Virus record (IMG/VR): IMGVR_UViG_3300037424_000238
Span: 1 to 42,572 of that record
DNA: 42,572 bases
Strand: one strand, 5' to 3'
DNA from: a virus
Lineage: Duplodnaviria > Caudoviricetes
Positions 9,702-18,847 of the stretch are shown piece after piece; the stretch's first letter is position 1, and every line of letters begins with the position of its first letter. The notes beneath the pieces were generated by a model that saw nothing but the letters and a program-made list of their open reading frames with translations, did no database searches and had not been told where the DNA came from. The position numbers and the translations under genes were made by a program.

Positions 9702-9866
9702 ATGGAGACCGCAACGAAACCGATCCGAATTACCCCCGAGATGCACAGAGAACTGAAGGCTCTGGCGGCCCGCAAGGGGACCAACCTGGCGCAGGAGGCC
9801 GAGAAGGCGATTCAGGGCCACCTGAAGGCGGAGCAGAAAAAAGACGAGCGCAGGGGGAAGGCATGA
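9702..9866 (+). CDS. Ribbon-helix-helix (Arc/CopG-like) regulator
   Basis: METATKPIRITPEMHRELKALAARKGTNLAQEAEKAI. SD AGGGAG; first gene after the promoter. Confidence 0.75.
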   Translation: METATKPIRITPEMHRELKALAARKGTNLAQEAEKAIQGHLKAEQKKDERRGKA

Positions 9867-10066
9867 GTCTGGCGAGATGGGCGCAGTCCGCCGCTTATCG
9901 GCTTCAATTGCATGGAGGCAAGGATGATCTGGAAATCGCGGACGGCATCATATCGGAGTTACGGCGAGGGAATAGCCACGGCACTACTTTTGGCTGTACT
10001 TGTGGCGGCGCTTGCGCTGATGGCATTCTTCGCCCTGTCGCCGGAAACGATGCTGGCGGCAACTGA
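9863..10066 (+). CDS. Hypothetical protein
   Basis: ATGA overlap with the upstream gene; no recognised motif. Confidence 0.4.
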   Translation: MSLARWAQSAAYRLQLHGGKDDLEIADGIISELRRGNSHGTTFGCTCGGACADGILRPVAGNDAGGN

Positions 10067-10240
10067 CGTCATGATGGGGGGCCAATGATCGGTGTGACAG
10101 ACAAGAACAGGCTGCGAAGTGCCGAGGATGACATCTTTGCATTCGAGCCGGAAGAGTTCCCGACGTGCCGCAAGTGCGGGGAGTGGGAAATCAATTGTGA
10201 CTGTGACGGTCACGGGGAATAGACCAAAAAGGAGAGAGAG

Positions 10241-11455
10241 ATGGATTTGGCAATTCAGAGCATCAACATTCCCAAGGAGTACGGCGTCACCGACGCCAAG
10301 CTTGCCGAACTCGCCGCGAAGTACAAAGACCTGCAGGAGATCAAAGATCCCGCCTCGCGGGCCATGGCCGCCGGAGGGCGTCGGGAGTGCCGGGAGCTGC
10401 GGGTGGCCGTCGAGCATAAGCGCAAGGAACTGAAGGCTGACGCTCTGGAGTTTGGCCGTCGCGTCGACGGCGAGGCCAAGCGGATTACCGAGAGTTTGCG
10501 CGAAATCGAAGATCCCCTTGACGCTCTGATTAAGGCCGACGAAACCCGCCGGGAAGAGGAGCGCCAGGCAAAACTTCGCGTCATCGCCGAAGCCGAAGCC
10601 AAGGAACGGGCGCGGGTGGACGAGATCAAGGGCCGCATCGAATCCAGATATGGAGACTCTGCCCTGCTCTCCCTTCATTCCCTTCCGGCGCAGGGGATTC
10701 TCGAACGTATCCAGCAGGAAGAGGTAATCACCGAGGCGGACGGATTTGCCGAGTTTGCCGAAGAAGCCCGCCGCAGGCAGATCGAGTTTACCGACAAGGC
10801 CGGAGAGCTCCACGGCGCCAAGGCCGAAGCCGAAGCCGAGGCCGAGCGCCAGCGCCTCGAAGCCGAGAAGCTGGCCGAAGAGCGCCGCCAGTTTGAGGAG
10901 GAGCAGCGCCTCGCCCGCGAGAAGGCCGAAGCCGAGCAAACAGCCCGCCAGGAGAAGGAGCGCCAAGAGCGCGAAGAGCGCGAGCGCAGCGAGTCCGCGC
11001 TGCAGGCCCGCATCCGGGAAGAGCAGGAGAGCATCGAGGCCGAGCGCCGCCAGCTGCGCGAAGAACAGGAGGCCATGGAAGCCGAGAAGCGCCGCATCGA
11101 AGAAGAGAGCCTGGCCAAGATCCGCGCCGAGGATGAGGAGAAACGCCGGCAAGAGATGCAGGAGCAGGCCCGCCTTTGCGCCGAACAGGACCTCAAGGAA
11201 CGGCAGGAGCGCGAAGAACGGGAACGCCTGGCCCGGGAAGAAGCCGAGCGGATGGCTAAGGAGCGTGAGGAGATGCTGAAGCCGGATCAGGAGAAAATTC
11301 AGTCTTTCGCCCTAGATCTGCTCGCCGTTAAATGGCCATTCCTGACTACCCCCGAGGGTCAGAGGGCGATGGATCGTATCAAAAAGAAGATCTCCGCCGT
11401 CGTGGACTACGCCGCACAACTGGCCGACAAGCTGGCCGTGGAGGACCCCGAATGA
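10241..11455 (+). CDS. Coiled-coil phage protein of the recombination region (DUF1351-like N-terminus)
   Basis: SD AGGAG. RKELKADALEFGRRVDGEAKRI...IEDPL, then a long E/R/A-rich helix. Lies upstream of ERF. Confidence 0.7.
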   Translation: MDLAIQSINIPKEYGVTDAKLAELAAKYKDLQEIKDPASRAMAAGGRRECRELRVAVEHKRKELKADALEFGRRVDGEAKRITESLREIEDPLDALIKADETRREEERQAKLRVIAEAEAKERARVDEIKGRIESRYGDSALLSLHSLPAQGILERIQQEEVITEADGFAEFAEEARRRQIEFTDKAGELHGAKAEAEAEAERQRLEAEKLAEERRQFEEEQRLAREKAEAEQTARQEKERQEREERERSESALQARIREEQESIEAERRQLREEQEAMEAEKRRIEEESLAKIRAEDEEKRRQEMQEQARLCAEQDLKERQEREERERLAREEAERMAKEREEMLKPDQEKIQSFALDLLAVKWPFLTTPEGQRAMDRIKKKISAVVDYAAQLADKLAVEDPE

Positions 11456-11604
11456 AGCCGCGGCGGATACTTGAAACGGAACTCTGTTGGTTTTGCAAGG
11501 GCACATTCCCCGAACTGTGTCTGATCTGCAACGGCGTCGGCTACACCGACAAACAAATCACCATCCACCCCGACGGGGGCAGGGAAATAGAGAGGCCGAG
11601 ATGA
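11452..11604 (+). CDS. Small Zn-finger protein
   Basis: CWFC...CLICNGVG; ATGA overlaps at both ends. Confidence 0.55.
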   Translation: MKPRRILETELCWFCKGTFPELCLICNGVGYTDKQITIHPDGGREIERPR

Positions 11605-12356
11605 GCAAAAAAAACGAACTGGTTCGGCAGAACCCGGTGACCATCCATGAGGGGGACATCACCCCGATGACACTGATCCAGCAGGCGAACGTGTCCGGTG
11701 CGTCAATGGAAAAGATGGAGCAGCTCTTCGCCCTGCAACTGCGATGGGAAGAGAACGAGGCGCGAAAGGCTTACCATCGGGCCGTCGCCGCCTTCAAGTC
11801 CGAGACGATCAACATCGTCAAAGACAAGAAGGTCGGCTACACCAACAAGGACGGGACCTTCACCGGCTACACACATGCCACCCTTGGGAACATCGTTCAG
11901 ACCATCATCCCCATCATGGGCCGGCACGGACTCTCCCATTCGTGGGATGTCGAACAGAAGGGCGGCAACATCTCGGTAACCTGCCAGCTGTCCCATGAAC
12001 TCGGGCACTGCACCACCGTCACGATGGAGGCGGGGAAGGACGACTCTGGAAAGAAGAACGCCATTCAACAGGTCGCCTCAACCATCACCTACCTCGAACG
12101 CTACACCCTGCTGGCGATTACTGGCCTGGCCACGGCCGACCAGGACGACGACGCCAAGGAAAGCGAATCGCCCAAGATCGAACTGGTGGACGACGAGCAG
12201 CTGGCCAACATCGACGGCCTGATCTGCGAAACGGGGGCCGACGTGGAAGCCTTTTGCAAATATATGCGGGTTTCGGCAATCGCCGACATTCCCGCAGCCT
12301 ACTACGAGTCCGCCATCCGGGCTTTGGAGAAAAAACGGAAGGAGCCGAAACAATGA
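11601..12356 (+). CDS. erf: ERF-family single-strand annealing protein
   Basis: YTHATLGNI...HGLSHSW...VTCQLSHELGH...KNAIQQVASTITYLERYTL. Confidence 0.85.
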   Translation: MSKKNELVRQNPVTIHEGDITPMTLIQQANVSGASMEKMEQLFALQLRWEENEARKAYHRAVAAFKSETINIVKDKKVGYTNKDGTFTGYTHATLGNIVQTIIPIMGRHGLSHSWDVEQKGGNISVTCQLSHELGHCTTVTMEAGKDDSGKKNAIQQVASTITYLERYTLLAITGLATADQDDDAKESESPKIELVDDEQLANIDGLICETGADVEAFCKYMRVSAIADIPAAYYESAIRALEKKRKEPKQ

Positions 12357-12976
12357 GCGAGATCATCCAGGGGACAGAGGAGTGGCACCAATGCAGACTT
12401 GGCAAGGCGACCGCCTCCAAAATCAACGATGCTATGGCCAAACTTAAAAACGGCGGCGAGGCGGCAGGTCGCAAGAACTATCGGGTGCAGCTGGCCGTCG
12501 AACGGCTGACGGGGCAGAAGACCGAGACCTTCACCAACGGGGCCATGATGTGGGGCACGGAACAGGAACCCTTCGCCCGCGAAGCCTACGAGTTCATCAC
12601 CGGGACTCCCGTCGCCCAGGTCGGGTTTGTCGATCACGCCTATATCCCCATGGCGGGGTGTTCACCGGACGGGCTGATTGCGACCGACGGCATGTGCGAA
12701 ATCAAATGCCCCGACACCGCGACCCATGTTGAATGGATGTTGGGAGGAAAAGTCCCGCCGGAGCACGTCAATCAGATGCTCTTCCAGATGGACTGTTGCC
12801 AGCGGCAGTGGTGTGATTTCGTCAGCTATGACCCGCGGATGCCGATTGATCTGCAGCTGTTCGTCAGACGCCTGTTCCGGGACGACGGCGCCATTGAAAA
12901 AATCCGCTACGAGGTCATTTCCCTTCTTGACGAGGTTGACCAGCTCGTTTCTCAACTCCAGGCCTTCCGCGCATGA
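12353..12976 (+). CDS. YqaJ / lambda-exonuclease family protein
   Basis: QGTEEWHQCRLGKATAS...WGTEQEPFAR...CSPDGL...EIKCP...CDFVSYDPR. Confidence 0.92.
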   Translation: MSEIIQGTEEWHQCRLGKATASKINDAMAKLKNGGEAAGRKNYRVQLAVERLTGQKTETFTNGAMMWGTEQEPFAREAYEFITGTPVAQVGFVDHAYIPMAGCSPDGLIATDGMCEIKCPDTATHVEWMLGGKVPPEHVNQMLFQMDCCQRQWCDFVSYDPRMPIDLQLFVRRLFRDDGAIEKIRYEVISLLDEVDQLVSQLQAFRA

Positions 12977-13446
12977 AAACCGTCCTTCGCACAGAACAGG
13001 ATCGTAACCGCCTGCGGGAGATCGTCGAGGGGTTGACCCTCGACCCTCCCCAGGAGGTTGAAATCCGCGAGTTCAAGGCGAACCGATCTGTTGCTCAACA
13101 CCGCCTTTTATGGGTTTGGAATACCGTCATGGGTGCCGAACTTGGAGAGTCGAAGGAGGAGATCCACGAGCGCAACAAGGAGCGGTTTCTGGTCCCCATC
13201 TACGAGCGGGATGATCTGGAGTTCGCCGAGATGATCGAGGCTGTTCGCGAGGTCTACCGGGCGGGGATGAAGGACAGGGCGCAGATGCTTTTTAAGCGGA
13301 TCGTCAAACTCACATCCACTACCACCGCCAACGTCAAACAGATGACCGAATACCTCGATGAAATAGAAAAAGACGCCCGGAACCTGAACATTCAGCTGCC
13401 GCACCCCGAGGATTTATATCGGGAGGCTTTTGGGGGGAACGCATGA
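12973..13446 (+). CDS. NinB/Orf-like recombination protein
   Basis: RSVAQHRLLW and STTTANVKQMTEYLDEI motifs; genomic context. Confidence 0.7.
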   Translation: MKTVLRTEQDRNRLREIVEGLTLDPPQEVEIREFKANRSVAQHRLLWVWNTVMGAELGESKEEIHERNKERFLVPIYERDDLEFAEMIEAVREVYRAGMKDRAQMLFKRIVKLTSTTTANVKQMTEYLDEIEKDARNLNIQLPHPEDLYREAFGGNA

Positions 13447-13748
13447 GCGAAGACTCCGCCATCTACGGATTCCCCAAGCCGAAGCGCTGGGAAAGTCGCA
13501 AGTACATTGCCTGGATCAAAACGCGGCCCTGCATCATCTGTGGCTCTCCCGCCGAACCCCACCACATCAAGGGAGTAGGCAACCTGAGCGGTGGCGCAAT
13601 GAAGGCCCCGGACTGGGCGGTGATACCGCTCTGTCATCCCTGCCACCGCCAAATGCACGAAGATTCCGAACAGTGGAACGGTCAATGGGAATTGGCCCTC
13701 AAAACTCTAGGGGCCGCAATCACGGAGGGATTGCTGAAATGCAAATAA
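13443..13748 (+). CDS. DUF968 / HNH-like Zn-binding protein
   Basis: KYIAWIKTRPCIICG...HHIKG...PLCHPCHRQMH. Confidence 0.8.
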   Translation: MSEDSAIYGFPKPKRWESRKYIAWIKTRPCIICGSPAEPHHIKGVGNLSGGAMKAPDWAVIPLCHPCHRQMHEDSEQWNGQWELALKTLGAAITEGLLKCK

Positions 13749-14050
13749 GCATGTTCACCGGAGAAGAGCGCAAGGCCGAAGGTCTCGCCATCATCGAGGC
13801 GCACCACGGCGACTTTCTGTCCCTCATGCGCACCCGAGCTAGGGAGATTGCCACCGAGAAGGGGAGCGTCACATCTGATGACCTCAGAGCATATGCCGCC
13901 TGCTGGGGAATTGAGCCGGAACATCGCAACTGCTGGGGGGCAGTGTGGCGCCCCTCCGAATGGCGGTATGTCGGCTTTAAGAAGTCGACCCTGCCGTCCA
14001 ACCATTCCCGCATGGTGCGGGTGTGGAAACTGAAAGAGGTATCCCAATGA
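13739..14050 (+). CDS. Hypothetical phage protein
   Basis: SD GGAGG upstream; VTSDDLR...NCWGAV...S.HSR..RVW; coupled to neighbouring genes. Confidence 0.6.
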   Translation: MQISMFTGEERKAEGLAIIEAHHGDFLSLMRTRAREIATEKGSVTSDDLRAYAACWGIEPEHRNCWGAVWRPSEWRYVGFKKSTLPSNHSRMVRVWKLKEVSQ

Positions 14051-14406
14051 CGGTGAACTATCCGATTGTTCCCATGGGCAAACCCAGACAGACGCAGCGG
14101 GACAAGTGGAAGAAACGAGAGGTGGTCACCAGATACCACACGTTTAAAGATGAGTGCCGCCTAGCCAATGTGACACTGCCCGAGGCCGGGGCACATGTGA
14201 CTTTTGTTCTTCCGATGCCGGCGAGTTGGAGTCGTAAAAAGCGGGACCAAATGGACGGCGCACCGCACACCCAAAAGCCAGACATTGATAATTGCACCAA
14301 GGCACTGATGGATGCCGTCTTCCCCGACGATTCGGGAGTATGGGATATCCGGACAACGAAGATCTGGGGACTCGAGGGCCAAATCCGAATTACGGTGTCA
14401 AAATGA
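14047..14406 (+). CDS. rusA: RusA-family Holliday junction resolvase
   Basis: PMGKPR...LPMPASWS...KPDIDNCTKALMDAV..DD. Confidence 0.9.
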   Translation: MTVNYPIVPMGKPRQTQRDKWKKREVVTRYHTFKDECRLANVTLPEAGAHVTFVLPMPASWSRKKRDQMDGAPHTQKPDIDNCTKALMDAVFPDDSGVWDIRTTKIWGLEGQIRITVSK

Positions 14407-14585
14407 TCCATCCACGCACCCGGCAGATTCAACTGGCCGACCAGGTCGTCACTGAACTGCTGATCGCCAACGAAGCCTCGGAGCCATATGCCGCCAAGCG
14501 GGCGCTGAAGCTCGCCATCGCCGCGGCGCAGGAGTATGAGAGGGAACAACAGATCGAACTGGCCTACAAGGAGAGAGTGAAGTGA
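14403..14585 (+). CDS. Hypothetical protein
   Basis: ATGA/GTGA coupling on both sides. Confidence 0.5.
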   Translation: MIHPRTRQIQLADQVVTELLIANEASEPYAAKRALKLAIAAAQEYEREQQIELAYKERVK

Positions 14586-17140
14586 CTTATCTTGATTTTT
14601 TGGAAAAGAAGATCCCCTTAGCCCGATTCGACGGCTACGAGGTGGAATGTGGGGATATTAACCCACTACTGCGACCCCACCAGGCGGCTTGTGTCAAGTG
14701 GGCGGTCAAAGGAGGAAACCGGGCACTCTTCGAGGCCTTTGGATTGGGAAAATCCTCTCAGCAGATCGAGACCGTGAGGCTGACCCGGCGCGAGTGCGGA
14801 GGTAAGGCACTGATTGTCTGCCCGCTGGGAGTGCGCCAGGAGTTCCGTCGCGACGGCCTTCTCCATGGCGAGCAGTGGGAGGCCAGCGCGAATGACCTTG
14901 GACTTGATATCGCCGACATTCGCCGAAATTTTGGGGTGGAGTTCAGGTTCATCCGTCGCACCGAAGAGATCGAGGACGAGCACGACTTCTATCTGACCAA
15001 CTACGAGAGCATCCGCGACGGTCGCCTCGATCCGCGGCAATTTTCCGTTGTCTCCCTAGACGAGGCGTCTATCCTGCGCTCCTACGGCAGCAAGACCTTT
15101 CAGGAGTTTTTGCCCCTTTTCGCCGGGGTGAAGCATAAGTTTGTCGCCACCGCGACACCTTCCCCGAATCGCTACAAGGAGTTGATCCACTACGCCGGGT
15201 TTCTCGGGGTTATGGATACCGGGCAGGCACTCACTCGATTCTTCCAGCGTGATTCTACCCAGGCAAACAATCTGACACTCTACCCGCACAAAGAGGCTGA
15301 GTTTTATCTCTGGCTAAACTCCTGGGCTATTTTCCTTCAAAAACCCTCCGACCTCGGATATCCGGATGACGGTTACGACTTGCCGAAACTGAAGGTCATC
15401 TACCACGAAGTGAAGACCAATCATGAACTGGCCGGAGCGGAAAAAGACGGGCAGGGGATGCTCTTCAAGGACGCCGCGGCGGGACTTCAGGCGGCCAGCG
15501 CCGAGAAGCGCGATTCCCTGCCAGTGCGCATCGCCCGCATGACCGAGATCCTGCAAGAGGACACTGAGTCCAATTACATTATCTGGCACGACCTTGAAGC
15601 CGAGCGCCACGCCATTCACGAGGCCCTCCCGGAAGCGGTGGAGGTCTATGGATCGCAGGATCTGGAGAAGCGCGAGCAGACCATCTGCGATTTCTCCGAC
15701 GGGAAGTTTCAGTACCTCGCCGCCAAGCCGGTCATTGCCGGGTCCGGCTGCAATTTCCAGCGATATTGCCACAAAGCCATCTTTCTGGGAGTGGGCTACA
15801 AGTTCAACGACTTCATCCAGGCCATTCACCGGATCCACCGCTTTCTTCAAAAACAGCAAGTGGAGGTCCACATCATTTATTCGGAAGCCGAGCGGGAGAT
15901 CCTCAAGACCCTGCAAGATAAATGGCAGCAACATGAAAGGCTGGTGAACAACATGACCGCGATCATCAAGAAACATGGGCTCAATCATCTCAGCCTCTCC
16001 GACGTTCTGGCTCGGACCATCGGATGTGAGCGGATGGAGGTGACAGGGGAGCGGTTCACGGTGGTAAATAACGACTGTGTTTTGGAAGCCCAGCGTCAAC
16101 CTGAGAACCACGTCGATATGATTGTGACCTCCATTCCTTTCGCCAATCATTACGAATATACCCCGAGCTACAACGACTTCGGCCACACCGACGGCAACGG
16201 CCATTTCTGGGAACAGATGGACTATCTCACGCCAGAGCTTTTGCGCATCCTCAAGCCCGGCAGGATCTACGCCTGCCATGTCAAAGACCGGATATTGTTC
16301 GGCAACGTCACCGGGGCCGGGGCGCCGACCGTCTCCCCTTTTCACTGTGAAGCCATCATGCACGGCCGTAAGCATGGTTTCGACTACATGGGGATGATCA
16401 CCGTCGTCACCGACGTGGTGCGCGAGAACAATCAAACCTACCGCCTCGGATGGAGCGAGCAGTGCAAAGACGGGTCAAAAATGGGGGTGGGATCGCCGGA
16501 GTATGTGGTGATTTTTCGCAAACCGCAAACCGATCGTTCCAAGGGGTACGCCGACCTTCCAGTGAAGAAGGAGAAGAAGAACTACACCCGAGCACGCTGG
16601 CAGGTGGACGCTCACGCATTCTGGAGGTCCTCCGGCGACCGGCAACTGACCGCCGAGGAACTGGCAACTTTGGGGCCTGACAAGCTGGCTCGAGCCTTCA
16701 CCGAATACAGCTTACAGAATCTCTATGACTACGAGTTTCACATCAAGATCGGCGAAGACCTGGAAAAGCGCGGAGCGTTGCCGTCATCCTTCATGTCCCT
16801 GGCGCCGGGCTCCCACCATGTCGACGTTTGGACCGACATCAACAGGATGATCACCCTCAACACCGCTCAATCTCAGAAGCGGGCGATGCTCCATGTTTGT
16901 CCTCTGCAGTTCGATATTGTCGACCGGCTGATTAATCGCTACACCAACGAGGGGGAACTGGTCTATGACCCATTCTGTGGACTAGGGACGGTTCCCTATC
17001 GGGCGCTCAAGCTGGGACGCAAGGGGCATGGGAGTGAGTTGAATCCACAATATTTTCTTGACAGTGTGCAGTATCTCAAGGCCATGGAGCGCGAAGTGTC
17101 CATGCCATCACTATTTGATTTGATCGAGGAGGTGTCATGA
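14582..17140 (+). CDS. SNF2-like helicase fused to an N6-adenine/N4-cytosine DNA methyltransferase
   Basis: N-terminal half has FGLGKS, LDEAS, TATPSPN and QAIHRIHRF. C-terminal half has TSIPF and DPFCGLGT (beta-class order). Confidence 0.88.
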   Translation: MTYLDFLEKKIPLARFDGYEVECGDINPLLRPHQAACVKWAVKGGNRALFEAFGLGKSSQQIETVRLTRRECGGKALIVCPLGVRQEFRRDGLLHGEQWEASANDLGLDIADIRRNFGVEFRFIRRTEEIEDEHDFYLTNYESIRDGRLDPRQFSVVSLDEASILRSYGSKTFQEFLPLFAGVKHKFVATATPSPNRYKELIHYAGFLGVMDTGQALTRFFQRDSTQANNLTLYPHKEAEFYLWLNSWAIFLQKPSDLGYPDDGYDLPKLKVIYHEVKTNHELAGAEKDGQGMLFKDAAAGLQAASAEKRDSLPVRIARMTEILQEDTESNYIIWHDLEAERHAIHEALPEAVEVYGSQDLEKREQTICDFSDGKFQYLAAKPVIAGSGCNFQRYCHKAIFLGVGYKFNDFIQAIHRIHRFLQKQQVEVHIIYSEAEREILKTLQDKWQQHERLVNNMTAIIKKHGLNHLSLSDVLARTIGCERMEVTGERFTVVNNDCVLEAQRQPENHVDMIVTSIPFANHYEYTPSYNDFGHTDGNGHFWEQMDYLTPELLRILKPGRIYACHVKDRILFGNVTGAGAPTVSPFHCEAIMHGRKHGFDYMGMITVVTDVVRENNQTYRLGWSEQCKDGSKMGVGSPEYVVIFRKPQTDRSKGYADLPVKKEKKNYTRARWQVDAHAFWRSSGDRQLTAEELATLGPDKLARAFTEYSLQNLYDYEFHIKIGEDLEKRGALPSSFMSLAPGSHHVDVWTDINRMITLNTAQSQKRAMLHVCPLQFDIVDRLINRYTNEGELVYDPFCGLGTVPYRALKLGRKGHGSELNPQYFLDSVQYLKAMEREVSMPSLFDLIEEVS

Positions 17141-17988
17141 AAGACGGGAAATTTTGGGATAAAGCATGGTCCTTGGTGGAGGGATGCACACCCTGTTCAC
17201 CGGGTTGCCGCGGATGCTGGGCCGCTGAACAGGCACATATTCGCAGTCACCAGAAAAACGAGAAGATCCGGGAGACATATGGGGGGTTGACCTGCCCGGG
17301 GAAATCCTTCGGGCCATATTTCAACGGCACGGTGCGCGTGAGGGATGACTTGCTTTTTCTTCCACTGTCCGTGCGGAAGTCCACCGTCTTTGCCGTGTGG
17401 ACGGACCTCTATCATGAAAAGGTGGAGGACGAGTTTATTGCCAAAGCCTTCGACATCATCGACCGATGTCAGGAACACACATTCCTGATCATCACCAAGC
17501 GAGCGAAACGGTGCGCCGATTGGCATCGAGAGGCTGCGTACTGTGATTTTCCCAACGCCTGGCACCTCTTCACCGTGGAGGACCAACAACGTGCCGACGA
17601 GCGAATTCCCTACCTGCTGGAAGTTCCCGGCAACAAGGGTCTGCTCTGCGAACCGCTTCTTTCCCCTCTGGACCTCTCCGCCTACATGGGGAAAACCGTT
17701 GTCATCCCCGGCGACAGGGCGGAGCCCTACAACATGGGGATAGGGTGCGTTCTCGCTGGCGGGGAGACCGGGAAAAAGGCCAGGTCGGCACATCCTGACT
17801 GGTTCAGAGACCTGCGTGACCAGTCCGAAAAAGCGGAAATCCCCTTTTTCTTCAAGGGGTGGGGTTCGAATCCCCATATCGACGCCTATCGGTCCGTCCC
17901 GTTCGTAAACGCGGCCATGCACGGAAGGGACAAGGGACGAATCCTCGACGGATACCTTCACAACTATCTTCCTTGGAGGAAACCATGA
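17137..17988 (+). CDS. DUF5131 (phage Gp37/Gp68) radical-SAM-like protein
   Basis: GCTPCSPGCRGCWA, DLYHE, HTFLIITKR, CEPLL, GGETG, FFFKGWG. Confidence 0.88.
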   Translation: MKDGKFWDKAWSLVEGCTPCSPGCRGCWAAEQAHIRSHQKNEKIRETYGGLTCPGKSFGPYFNGTVRVRDDLLFLPLSVRKSTVFAVWTDLYHEKVEDEFIAKAFDIIDRCQEHTFLIITKRAKRCADWHREAAYCDFPNAWHLFTVEDQQRADERIPYLLEVPGNKGLLCEPLLSPLDLSAYMGKTVVIPGDRAEPYNMGIGCVLAGGETGKKARSAHPDWFRDLRDQSEKAEIPFFFKGWGSNPHIDAYRSVPFVNAAMHGRDKGRILDGYLHNYLPWRKP

Positions 17989-18362
17989 GAGGTTTTATCG
18001 AAACGGCGGTGTTCCGCGAGAAGATGATGTACGTTCTTAATTTGCCCCGCAACCGTGGTAAAGGAGTATGGGCAACCCTTCCCCTTGCCAGACTCCTCTG
18101 GATCGCTCTGGCGGAGTATCTGGAACTGGTGGTGGCATGTCTATCCCTGGTCTATGCCAGCATCCGCTATGAGCGTCGAATGGATGATATGTCCTGGAGG
18201 GCGTTTGAAGAATCCCGGTGTCATGTTCTGCATGAGGCCGCCGACGTGGGCAACTGCGCCATGTTCTTGCACGATTGGGCTGAAAAACAGGGGGAATATC
18301 ATGAAATGCAAGGGAACAAAGCGGAATTATCCGACCGACCTGCCGGAGTACACCGCGTTTGA
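17985..18362 (+). CDS. Hypothetical protein with a MazG-like NTP pyrophosphatase signature
   Basis: E..EL...VLHEAADVGNCAMFL; SD GGAGG. Confidence 0.45.
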   Translation: MRGFIETAVFREKMMYVLNLPRNRGKGVWATLPLARLLWIALAEYLELVVACLSLVYASIRYERRMDDMSWRAFEESRCHVLHEAADVGNCAMFLHDWAEKQGEYHEMQGNKAELSDRPAGVHRV

Positions 18363-18708
18363 CTGCGAGGATTGTCCACTTTCCGATTGCTACCCGGCAA
18401 ATCCTCTGTGCCTCGTTTTAAAAAAGAAAATGGAGAACGGTGGGCTGTCTCTTGAAAAACTCCGGGAACCTCGAGATCGGCCGAAGAAGATCCAGGCCGC
18501 CCCCGAAACTTATCAGGATCGTCAGGACTATCTGGCCCAGTACAAGACGAATTATCGGCGCGTCTCCCTGCGCGGCGTGAAGCTACGCAAAATGGACATT
18601 GAAATTCTCGAAACACATTTCGAGCTGCACGGCGAAGGTTTCAGCGAGGAGATTGCTACCCTTCTGGAGTTTTGGGCGCAGATGGTCCGGGAGAAGAGGC
18701 GGACCTGA
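18301..18708 (+). CDS. Hypothetical Cys-rich protein
   Basis: SD GGGGG; CEDCPLSDC...C motif. Confidence 0.5.
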   Translation: MKCKGTKRNYPTDLPEYTAFDCEDCPLSDCYPANPLCLVLKKKMENGGLSLEKLREPRDRPKKIQAAPETYQDRQDYLAQYKTNYRRVSLRGVKLRKMDIEILETHFELHGEGFSEEIATLLEFWAQMVREKRRT

Positions 18709-18838
18709 TGGTCGACCTACCTACAGTTCCAGGGAAAAAGGGGAAACATCCTGGCGGCTGGATGAGTTGGAAATAATCGCCAAGACCTTCGGAGTCACGG
18801 TGACGGAACTGGTCCACGATCCGATAACCGCGCAATAA
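18709..18838 (+). pseudogene. C-terminal half of an XRE (Cro/CI-like) HTH regulator with no credible start
   Basis: Reads GRPTYSSREKGETSWRLDELEIIAKTFGVTVTELV, matching the recognition helix and helices 4-5 of the XRE fold. The upstream part of this frame is not HTH-like. Confidence 0.6.
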
Positions 18839-18847
18839 AGGACAACA

